Positions 50,671 through 61,572 of a DNA stretch of 64,000 nucleotides are shown piece by piece (the first letter of the stretch is position 1; each line of letters opens with the position of its first letter). Where the stretch lies: positions 3,286,001-3,350,000 of the forward strand of contig OZ249437.1 in NCBI GenBank assembly GCA_965235115.1, given 5' to 3'. The DNA comes from Laetmonice hystrix (Eukaryota). The notes under the pieces are model-generated. The model did no database searches. It saw only the letters and a program-made list of their open reading frames with translations, and was not told the origin of the DNA. A program made the position numbers and the translations under genes.

Positions 50671-51760
50671 ACAGCCAAATCGAATGGAGAGATTATTTAA
50701 ATTGCCTGTAGAGGGCGGTAAAGTATAGCAGTGCCATTTGCCTGATCGCTGTTCGAACCAGAGAGGTTTTATAGGTATTCTCTCAAAAAATCGTAGCAAT
50801 CTGACCATTTTTTCCTATTTACATGGTGTGGTTGAAGTATGAGGACCCAGACCAGCCTTTTAACGGGAAGGCGAGGGCATTTTCCGCATGTCACAACATT
50901 ATCAACGGTGCTCAGCACCACAATAATGGGAGATACTCTAGTTGCACGATTAATAGACAGATGGCGACACTGTACTGTACCCGGCAAGGTATGTTTCAAG
51001 GAATTCCGAGGAAATTTTTTCGTTTACATGGGGGGGTTGAAGTTGAGCTGTTTTCACTGACATGAAACATGTTAGGTATGGAAGAAACTGGGGGAGTCCC
51101 GCTTCAGAAAAAAAGCTAAAATAAATTCCTTTCAAGACCAGGGCCCGGTTTTTTGGTCATCGTCTCAGACTCATGCTCATCTCATCTCATGCCATGGTGA
51201 GTCTCGGTGGAGATCAAATCGGGGGGTTTTAGTTGAGATTGAGCTTTGGTTCAGTTGAGAAATCGTCTCAGTCGTCTCACTGGCCGAAAATGGAACAATC
51301 GTGACGACACAATGGGTGCAACAATCACCAGTCCATTGTGACGTAACAAAGGTAACGAGCGATACTAGCGCTTGCAGCGCTCCCTGCGGATTTTTCATGT
51401 CAGCTTTTTCTGGGTATGACAAGATAGGCCTACAGATATTTTCGCCAATCTCTTTAAAATACAAGTGTTAAATGTCCTCGCTTTTCTGGATGTAAACATA
51501 GCGTCATCGGTCCCCACACCTGCTACAGTCTGCATACGCATGGACATGTTGGCCACTCCCGGCCACGCTCCAAGCAGAAGTCGGTCACTCTGTTAACGCT
51601 GACCAACGGAACGGAAGCGGAAGTGCTTGGAGTTTAATCACTTCCGTTTCGCAGCTTTCTGTTAGCCAGCACCTGGCCTAACATAGCGGATGCGTATGGT
51701 AGGCACAGGGGACCAGTGTCAGCAGTTCTGTATGATGCATGGCGGGGGATGTGTACGAAG

Positions 51761-51831
51761 GCATCGGTGGTTCAGTGGTAGAATGCTCGCCTGCCACGCG
51801 GGCGGCCCGGGTTCGATTCCCGGCCGATGCA
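51761..51831 (+). tRNA. trnG-GCC: tRNA-Gly (anticodon GCC)
   Basis: GCATCGGTGGTTCAGTGGTAGAATGCTCGCCTGCCACGCGGGCGGCCCGGGTTCGATTCCCGGCCGATGCA: full cloverleaf, A and B boxes, followed by TTTTT. Confidence 0.97.
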
Positions 51832-51833
51832 AG

Positions 51834-51838
51834 TTTTT
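51834..51838 (+). terminator. Pol III terminator (T5) of tRNA-Gly
   Basis: TTTTT two bases after the tRNA 3' end. Confidence 0.8.
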
Positions 51839-51897
51839 ACCTTTTTGCACCACAAGGGGATCCAGTTTGAGCCCGTTTGCGAAAAGAAATGACTGTA

Positions 51898-53019
51898 GGA
51901 AGAGACACACCGCGGGCGGAACGACTGACGACCAGCGACAGGACGACCGACGACTGGACGACCAACGACTCTGACCGCGCACACTGAGAACGACTGCGTT
52001 TTTTTGTGGACGACCGACGACCGCGTTTTTGTGGGCGACCAACGACCGCAGTGGGTTCACCGAGGGTCATTACCCGAGAGCCTTGGAAGATGGCGCCGAA
52101 CACCTTCAAGAAGAAAAGACTAGATCTACTCCTCCTTCTGCTCCTTGCCCAATCCCCGCTCTTTCCTTTGCTGAACGTTTCCTTCAGACATAGGCACCCC
52201 TCAAATTTTCCACTTCTTCTTTACTTTATCCACTGTAATATAGAATTATAATGTTGGGCCTATATGCATCGGCATGAATAGTACCATGTATAGGCCTACC
52301 TATGCCTAGAGACTCTTGGTGAACTTTTCCATGTACCATGTAGGCCTACCTCTGCCTAGAGACTCTTGGTGAACTTTCCCATTCTATCTTTATTATGTTG
52401 GGCCTATGCATCGGCATGAATAGTAGGCCTACCATGTACCTCTGCGTAGAGACTCTTGGGGAACTTTCCCATTCCAGGCCTATCTTTATTATGTCCATTT
52501 GTTTCATCAGATAGAGCAGTGCTCATTGTCATGTTAATAGAAAATGACAACAAATGGTGTTTTCGGCCATGGTTTCGGGGATCTGAGTCTACCATAGATC
52601 TGTATGTGGCCTAGGTCTTTTCATCTTTTAGTAACAGAAATAGGTACAGGTTCTACTGATAGTGACGCATGCACAAAATTAGGGCAGAAAATCTACCGGC
52701 AATGTTCACCTCATCTGATATTTCCATCCATAGTCTCTCTTTCAGTTCGGCGTCCCTATAATCCCTGTCGGATTTCTGATATTGCACGGGGTGTTGCTCT
52801 ACCAGGTGAACGAATTGCTCCGCGGTGTCCATGTCTTTCCTGTCCTGTTTTCCTGCACTCTCATTGGTCAACGGTCGCCGGTCGTTGTCGTCGAAAAATA
52901 CGTCCTCTTTATCGTCGGTCGCTGTGCTCGCGTTGTGCAGTGGTGTCTTTTTTTCGGGTCGTTATCGTTGGTCGCCGGTCGCTGGTCGTCAGTCGTTCCG
53001 TCCGCGGTGTGTCTCGCCC
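51898..53019 (-). mobile_element. Internally deleted PIF/Harbinger-like element carrying a MADF exon
   Basis: TIR gagacacaccgcgg[g/a]cggaacgactgacgaccagcgac at both ends; GACGACC-rich subterminal repeats; no transposase ORF visible. Confidence 0.72.
52697..52832 (-). pseudogene. MADF (Myb/SANT-like) DNA-binding domain, first exon
   Basis: MDTAEQFVHLVEQHPVQYQKSDRDYRDAELKERLWMEISDEVNIA matches the N-terminal MADF pattern and ends at a gtagat donor; no downstream exon found. Confidence 0.7.
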
Positions 53020-54111
53020 GTTAAGGACAAGTGCTAGTGTGAGGCCAAAAATTTGTTTGAGACAGATTTTTTTTTTTAATTTTGCAGATAAACAGAGTAT
53101 GTTGTCCTCTTTCAAAATGCAGCAAAAAAATGATACCTCATCGGCTTAGTTTTTTTGTTAGGAGCGTTTGAAGTTGGTATTTTTTATTTTATTTTTTTTT
53201 TTGGTCAGAACGGTGTTATGGAACGTTCCGCGCGGTACCTTAATCGGCGTAAGCACAGTGATATTGTATGTGAAGGCATCGGTGGTTTCGTTTCCTGGAA
53301 TCATTTCGAGATGATTTCCCTCCAAAAATATATTTTGTGTGAACGTTCGTTCGTTTCCACAAAATACATGATTTCGTTCACTTGAAATGATTCCGAGGGA
53401 AAGAGGAAGCGAAATAACATTATTTGTCCCCGCCTATGTCCCTTTGGGGCTCCGTATTTTATAGCCTTGCACACAGCGACTAGACATGTGGAGATAAGAA
53501 GGTGGTAGTGGATAAGGTGCCGTTTTCAGTGAGAAGGGTGAAAATTGATCAATGCTGACTTCAATCGGGAATTTGTAGGCCTACGGAGGGTACAGCGGGC
53601 TGCAGACAATAGATATCTACCATTCAGTGCCAGAGTGCCAGAACTTACACTCGTAATCCCAATCCTAGAATCATACAGAAGCCGTGTATCCTCTCAACTA
53701 TAAGGTTAGTGCATGAATCCAGTCAACAAGGGAACTGGCCCAGATTGTGGCCCTAATCTTTGACCCGGCGATGTATAATTGCATTCTGCTCCGAGGTAAG
53801 GACGGGGGTGTGTACAAAACGAAGACCTAAGACTGTAAGACGTAAGTCGGTCCCGTGCCCCTGGGCAGACCTTTTTATCTTGACTTGGCGGACCTTGGCT
53901 GGATCTGCCGGTAGGTTACGAGTAACTCAAGTAACCCCCCCCCTCCCCCTCCAGCGTACGGGCCTGCAATCCACCAACCACCCATATTCTTCTCTGTTAG
54001 GGTAGAACTAGGATCGTAGGACCTCAGTCACGAACTCCGTCAGCCTGATTCAGAGAGAGGTCCAGACCCACACGTTGCCAGCAGAACGTGGCCAGGGAAT
54101 CAGCTTACAAA

Positions 54112-57100
54112 ATGATGAAGTACGACGACCTCTTGAAGCAGCATGTCGGGGAGTTTGGGAGGTATCACTGGTTCGCCCTCTTCGTTCTAACCCTGAAATC
54201 CTACCCCGACGCCGCTCACATATTTCTGTCTATTTTCATCGCCATGACACCGCCCCACTGGTGTGCGGGTCCCGTCGATTCGATCCAGAATTGTTCGCTG
54301 GAGGAACGCATGAAGTTCGCCATACCAATGACGTGTACAGACAATGGAGTATGTTTATACGATTCTTGTAACATGTACGAACGGAATTACACTCATCGCA
54401 TCTTGAATGAAACCCTGGAACATCAACCGTGGAACACGTCAATACCCATCTACAACAGAGTTGTATCGGGGGGCGGGGGCGGTGTTGGGGGAAGTGATAT
54501 TACCCTGGCGGGAACTACCCCTTTCTCGGACTCTTGCCCCTTGTCAAACGCGACAAACTCCAACATGAGCACAGTCAAGTGTACGTCATGGAACTTTGGT
54601 AGTGATTCCGTGTATGGAGACAACGCTGTGACTGAGGTAAGAAATCCTTCATCTTCACAAGTGACACTAACTAAGTTGTACTAAGACAGTTACCAAGTTA
54701 CGCTGTACTAAATCAGAGTTGCCAAGTTATGCTGCAGTAAAACAGTTGCCAAGTTTGGCTGTACTAAGACAGTTGCCAAGTTACGCTGTACTAAAACAGT
54801 TGCCAAGTTACGCTGTACTAAATCAGAGTTGCCAATTTATGGTGTACTAAAACAGTTGTCACGGGTTACGCTGTACTAAAACAGTTGCCAAGTTACGCTC
54901 TACTAAATCAGAGTTGCCAAGTTACGCTGTACTAAATCAGAGTTACCAAGTAACGCTGTATTAAATCAGAGTTGCCAAGTTACACTGTACTAAAGCAGTA
55001 GCTAAGTTATGCTGTACTAAAACAGTTGCCAAGTTACGTTGTACTAAATTAGAGTTGCCAAGTTACGCTGCAGCAAAACACTTGCGAAGTTACGCTGCAC
55101 AAAAACAGTTGCGAAGTTACGTTGTACTGAAACAGTTGCCAAGTTACACTGTACTAAAACAGTTGCCAAGTTACGCTGTACTAAAACAGTTACCAAGTTA
55201 CGCTGTACTAAAACAGTTGGCAAGTTACGCTGCACTAAAACAGTTGCGCATGTTATGTGATCAAATGCGGATATCATATTTGTTTCCCTGTTAATCTTTG
55301 TTTAAAGTGGGGTCTGGTGTGTCCACGTAAGGGAAAGGCTGCAACAATCGCAGGGATGTACATGATTGGACGACTAGTCGGCAGCCTGACGCTTGGAACG
55401 GTGGCCGACATGTCAGTACGACACATTCACAGATATTGTTGGTGAATTATCTTATTGACCTGATTAACAATCAGTTATGAGCTACACAGGGCGAGACGGT
55501 CTGTTTCCGTCCATGAAATGCTCATTAATACACAACCAATCATGTCATGGATGTTTTGCTATACCTATTACACTTTTGTTTGCATACAGTGTAACATGCA
55601 TGTAGACATTTCTACAGTGATCTGGGAAAACCTAGCAAGTCCACTTTGCCTCATTGTGAGAAAATTGGGACAAACAAACCATTTCTCCAATTGAGCTGCT
55701 GCAAACGCTAGGTTATTCCAGGTCAAGAACTCTGAAATGCGTGGAGTTCTGATCACTTGTATAGGACTATATGAAAGGGCAAAACCTAGTAAGTCCAAAA
55801 ATGGGACTAATTCAAATTGGACAAAAACTCGACTTACTAGGTTTTTCCAGATCAGTCCTCGATATGTGCAATCGTTTCATGCGTACACTTTAGATTCGGA
55901 CGTCGCCCAGTGATTCTGTGGACGACAGTCGCCATCTTCATCCTGTCGGCAGGGGGCGCCTTCGTCCCCAACTACTATGTCTACATCTCAATACGTCTTG
56001 TACTGGGAGCAATTGTCCTATGTCGCACCGCGGCCATTTTCCTGTTGTGTGAGTATTTGGCGCTTGATATTGCATTTGGTGTGGGAAAATTAAGGCATAT
56101 AGGTCAAAATCCCTTTAAGTGTCCACGAACCATATATATGTTCCATGTTTTTCTGGCCCACTCGATATATCACCATAAACTCTTTCTATCCATCTAGCTA
56201 TCCATCCATATCGATCCATTCATCCATTTATTCATTCAGGCATGGAGTTAGTTGGGAGCTCAGCTCGGAGCAAGGCGTCTGGTATATGGCTCATCACTTG
56301 GGCCATCGGATACATGATCTTCCCAGTGGTTGCTTACCTGGTCCGGTCGTGGCGGTACCTACAACTTGTCACAGCAATGCCAGAGATCATCGTCTTCATG
56401 GCCGCTTACATGTAAGTATAGTATACTCTTACATGTAAGTATACCTTTCCCTGACGTAATTACCAGAAAGGCTGCAAGTAGATATAATCTATGCAAACAG
56501 ACCTTAGATCTATTCACGGTAAGGACAGCATATGATCATGGAGTGAAACAACGATGCTGCGCCGTTAACAATTAGAGATTTCGAGATATTTTATCTTTTG
56601 TCGTGTAATGGAATAAACCGTGTCAATTAAGTGCTTGATTGTCGTAGCTTGATGTTATTTTCTCAGATTCATACCTGAGTCACCGAGATGGTTACTTCTT
56701 AAAGACAAGAAGGCTGAGTTCCGAAGTCTTGTCACCAAAATGGCCAAGTGGAACCGAACTGAGTTACCAGAAACCTGGAATGTCATCTCCAATAATGTAT
56801 GATTTATTCTCTCTCTCTGTCCCACTGTCAAGCTTTCTGTCTCTCTGTCTGTCTCGGGTCTGTCTGTGTATCTCGGGTCTGTCTGTATGTCTGTCTGTCT
56901 CGAATCTTACGTCCAGCATTATAACGATTGAACTTCTCTCTTCAAGGAGGAAGGCGAGAAGGGAACGTTTCTGGATCTATTGAGGACTCCGTGTTTGAGG
57001 GCAATGACACTAACCCTCGGTTACATATTGTAAGTTATACGTTCTATCAGCTATCAGTAAAGACAAAATGTACATTTCCATGTACGATGTATGATGCCAA

Positions 57101-59698
57101 AATGTATCCAGTGTCTGTCTATCTTAGTTTTACTTGGACACTGATCTCATCATAGTGAGCTTCGAGCTTTTCTTTCAGAGTCGAAACAAAGCTCGACCAT
57201 GAATTTCGCAATCAGCCGTTACCAATAGCGGAAGAAACTCTGATTTGATGCCTGTCGTTATATGTGTTGCAGTTTTGCCAATTGTCTCGTGTATTACGGT
57301 GTGTCGATTGGTTCCTCGAGCCTGGCTGGAGATCCCTTCCTCAACTGTTTCTTTTGTGGGATCGTTGAGTTGCCTGCCTACCTCTTCATATACACTGTGT
57401 ATGAGAAGTTGAAGCGTCGACCTGTCTTCGCTCTCTTCATGCTGGCAGGAGGGACGGCTCTACTCCTGACTCCAGCCGTACCAACACGTGAGCAAGTTAT
57501 AACATCATCAGTGCCCTCAACATTCCAAGGTCGTACGTGTGACCTTTAAGACTTTGGTAGATTTCTTGATAATCTCATCCACTTCTACTGTCCAATGTTT
57601 GGGGTTTGAATCCCTCATAATCAGGGCTCCAAACGTCCAAAATGGGCCACCCTTGACAAAATCTCGCGTGTTTTTTATTGGCCAGTTGTTCAAAGCTCGG
57701 GTCTGCTATGGAGTTCGTTAAGGCCCTTAATTAAAAATTCCTGATTAGTTCCCCGTGAAATGTAAACCCACACGCGTAAACGTGTATGAAATTTTCATTT
57801 ACTGTGGCCGAAAAGTACAAACATTCTTGGCTAGGAGATTGTCGCTACTCCGGTCAGATGTTGCTACTCGGTTTGTCGATATCGATCCTCGGCTCGGAGA
57901 TTTCAGTACTCGGGTCCAAGTACCCGAGTACCGAAATCTGCGCGCCGAGGATCGAAGGTGAGCCAAGTAGCAACATTTGACTGGAGTAGCGAAATCTGTG
58001 ACCCGATAGCGACACATGTGACCCGAGGATCAAAATCCTCCATCCGAGAATGTTTGTACTTTTCGTCCACAGTACATTTGAACAAAACAAAATGAAAACC
58101 TGTTTCCGCTTTTAGATCTCTGGCAACTTGTTCTCGCTTTGTCGCTCATTGGAAAGTCCTTCATCGCAACTTCCTTAGCAATGGCCAACATCGTGGCGGC
58201 CGAGATATTCCCAACAGTTATCCGAGGATTTGGATATAGTTTTGTCAATAGTGCTGCCCGTCTCGCCGCCATCTTGGCAGCGTATATCTTTCTTCTGGTA
58301 AGAGGTCTGTTACAATTATTAGAACTCATAAAACACAATTATTAGAACTCATAAAACAATTATTAGAACTCATAAAACACAATTATTAGAACTCATAAAA
58401 CACAATTATCAGACCTCATAAAACACAAATATTAGAACTTATAAAACAGCTATGGAATCAAAATGTAAGATGAAACATGATATCTTATACACACGAAACC
58501 ATGGCGACATTCTAGCTGTCTGTCATTGAAACTGTACTGGCCTCGCTGTCCTGTAGCAGCTAAAACAGCCTACTATTTGTGACCATCAGGGATATTATAA
58601 TGGCTTGGCATATTATTCCCCATAGATCAGTGAATTTGATTTGATGATGAAGGCTCTCTGAAGTATTTATTCCTTTCGGACCACAGGAAGAGGTGCATCC
58701 GTCACTTCCGTTCATCGTATGCGGCATGTCAGTGTTCCTGGCTGGGCCGCTGGTGGCGCTCCTACCGGAGACAAAGGAATTATTTCTCTCGGAGACTGTC
58801 GAGGAGGGAGAACGGTTTCTTGCCAGCCACGCCTGTCGTATCTGGTAGGTGAATTGTTTTAACACCTGGAGTCATTCCTTCAGCTTTTCTCAGAGTTAAA
58901 GAGACATAATCCTACGTCGTAATGAAGGCTTTAAACTGATTATGAGGTGAGGGTTTGTGGTAGAGTACGCGCATACGCGCTGGTCTAAGGGCATAAATAC
59001 GGGAAGTTTTGTTACTGGGTTAATGTTTGGAAAGCTACTGAAATATGGTCTGTTCTTGGGCAATGTATGGTATTGCAGCAGGTTTTATTATCTGAGGTAA
59101 CTCATTTATGTTTGTCATATTAGGGCGTGGTTGGGTTATTGTAAGTATTAGGCCAAAAAAAAGTTTCGTTTCTTGTCCTTTCATATAAAAAAATTGGTAC
59201 GGTGACGCGTTTTTTTTTCATCTTTCTTTTTTTTGGGATGCAACTAGACAACGGCCGATTGTTCGAATGCAATTGCTGTTGGGTACATAAATCTTGAAGA
59301 AAAGACTAATGCAATGAAACGCCAACGCCAAAGAACCGTTGCAACGTTCTGTCACAGCGCTACACTGCCCACCATATGAAGCAGTCGGATTTGAAAAAAA
59401 AGACGCGGGGGTTTTTAGGTGACGCGCGCGGGGACAAGAAACGAATCTATTTTTTTTGGCCTTAGTGTACGGGTAAAGATTATTAGACGGGTAAGGATTG
59501 GTATTATGGGCAAGGATTGGTATATGGGTACTGATTTGTATACGGTCAAGGATTGGTATGCGGGTAAAGATTGGCCTTGCTACTTTCAGTGGATACCAGC
59601 ACCAATCTGATTCCATGACCAAGGAGGATTCAGGCGGCGCGGAGACGAAAACTGATTTGTTGATGACAGAAGGCGCCAAGACAGCTATTAAAACATAG
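54112..59698 (+). CDS. SLC22-family organic cation/anion transporter, copy 1 (predicted 610 aa, 10 exons)
   Basis: Exons 54112-54636, 55308-55411, 55894-56048, 56240-56411, 56667-56796, 56947-57029, 57273-57487, 58116-58297, 58687-58844, 59590-59698; all GT-AG and phase-consistent (1833 nt). Motifs GEFGRY, EWGLVC, DIFGRRP, MELVG, PESPRWL, EIFPTVIR, LPETK. Last exon less certain (an in-frame TAG at 58846 is an alternative end). Confidence 0.93.
54670..55245. repeat. 27-29-bp minisatellite in SLC22 intron 1
   Basis: Unit acagttgccaagttacgctgtactaaa. Confidence 0.93.
57802..58072. mobile_element. Tc1/mariner-type MITE in SLC22 intron 7
   Basis: TIRs ctgtggccgaaaagtacaaacattct / agaatgtttgtacttttcgtccacag with TA on both sides. 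Confidence 0.78.
58310..58447. repeat. 23-25-bp tandem repeat in SLC22 intron 8
   Basis: Unit acaattattagaactcataaaac(ac). Confidence 0.9.
59151..59461. mobile_element. PIF/Harbinger-type MITE in SLC22 intron 9
   Basis: TIRs ggccaaaaaaaagtttcgtttcttgtcc / ggacaagaaacgaatctattttttttggcc; TTA target duplication. Confidence 0.78.
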
Positions 59699-59975
59699 GT
59701 GGTGCCAATACTGGTCGGTGTAGGCATGCTATTATAACATAGGTGGTGCCAATATTAGTCGGTGTCGGCATATGCTATTAAAACATAGCTGGCGCCAATA
59801 CTGGTCGGTGTCGGCATATGCTATTATAACATAGGTGGTGCCAATTATTGGTCGGTGTCGGCATATGCTATTATAACATAGGTGGTGCCAATACTGGTCG
59901 GTGTAGGCATATTCTATTATAACATAGGTGGTGCCAATACTGATCGGTGTAGGCATACATAGGTGGTGCCCATAA
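59684..59975. repeat. Minisatellite, about 46-bp unit, overlapping the predicted SLC22 stop codon
   Basis: Unit gctattataacataggtggtgccaatactggtcggtgtcggcatat. Confidence 0.92.
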
Positions 59976-61572
59976 TTGGTGGACACAATGATTACTACCA
60001 GCTTCTTGCCATGATAGAGTTGCAGTGAAAATTTACTGCTGAATTCCAGCACCACAAATTGGCGATACATTGTATCTGAATGACAACACTAATTGAACCA
60101 GTTCGAGTTCTGTATCTGTTAAAAGTCATGCGCCAAGTGAACCCTACTATTTTTCAATGATGTGAAGGTTGCCCGCCATGCACCAGGCATCGAGAGGGAG
60201 TTGTTCTCTCATACCTCGAAAGTGGGTCGACAGAGAAATAAATATTATCTTATCTTATCGTATCTGATGCCCGTTTGTTACGGAACTCCTAAAGAGACAG
60301 GAGTGCAAAAAAGAAAAGAAAAAAAGTTAGACCTGTTTCGTTTCCTGGAATCATTTCGAGATTATTTCCCTGCAAAAATATATTTTGTGGGAACGTTCGT
60401 TCATTTCCACAACATACATGATTTCGTTCACTTGAAATGATTCCGAGGGAAAGAGGGAGCGAAATAACAATATTTGTCCCCGCCTATGTCCCTTTGGGGC
60501 TCCGTACTTTATAGCCTAACACACAGCGACTAGACATGTGGAGATAAGAAGGTGATAGTGGATAAGGTGCCGTTTTCAGCGAGAAGGGTGAAAATTGATC
60601 AATGCTGACTTCAGTCGGGAATTTGTAGGCCTACGGAGGGTACGGCGGGCTGCAGCCTATAGATATCTACCATTCAGTGCCAGAGTGCCAGAACTTACAC
60701 TCGTAATCCCAATCCTTGAGTCATACAGAAGCCGTTTATCCTCTCAACTATAAGGTCAGTGCATGAATCCAGTCAACAATGGAACTGGCCCAGATTGTGG
60801 CCCTAATCTTTGACCCGGCGATGTATAATTGCATTCTGCTCCAAGGTAAGGACTGGGGTGTGTACAAAACGAAGACCTAAGACTGTAAGACGTAAGCCCA
60901 TCTTCGCTTTGTAGATATCCAGTGGGCATTCTACAAAACGAAGACCCTGCATTAAATCTGGGGTGTGGTGTATCTGCCCTCTATGGCAGCCAAAAGGTAT
61001 GAGTTTGGCCCATGACTGACCTGATATCCAAGCCGGATTTTAATCTGCAAATGCAAGAAGCAGGGAACTTGGGTTATGGCTAAGGGCCCCCTCGCTTGAC
61101 AATTATCGTTGGGGTGAGGGCCACCTTCATTGGGAAGTTCTGTCCCTGGTCGGGTCATATTGAATATGGGTGAGGTAGGGGGGGGGGGGGGTGCATCTGG
61201 GACCCGGGCCATGTTTCCCCTGGAAAAAAGAGAAATTGGAGGCCTAACAAACATACCTCTGGGTATTTTTCAGTAGGCAGGGCATACCCCCTTTCCAAAC
61301 TGAAAAAGTCGGTCCCGTGCCCCTGGGCAGACCTTTTTATCTTGACTTGGCGGACCTTGGCTCGCTCTGCGGGTAGGTTACGAGTAACTCAAGTAACTCC
61401 CCCCCCCCGCTCCAGCGTACGGGCCTGCAATCCACCAACCACCCATATTCTTCTCTGTCAGGGTAGAACTAGGATCGCAGGACCTCAGTCACGAACTCCG
61501 TCAGCCTGATTCAGAGAGAGGTCCAGACCCACACGTTGCCGGCAGAACGTGGCCAGGGAATCAGCTTACAAA

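Larger units (their letters stand above)
53285..60334 (+). repeat. Unit 1 of an about 7-kb tandem segmental duplication (unit 2 starts at 60335 and runs off the window)
   Basis: 53285 onward aligns with 60335 onward through promoter, exons 1-4 and introns. Confidence 0.93.

Noticed and set aside
51615-51660. Hairpin as a possible pre-miRNA
   Set aside because: Stem is only about 12 bp; more simply two inverted ETS-like CGGAAGTG motifs.
54088-54111. GTG-initiated N-terminal extension of SLC22 and the read-through tail of the track ORF
   Set aside because: Homology to SLC22 begins at the ATG at 54112, and the ORF tail after 54636 lies past a canonical donor.
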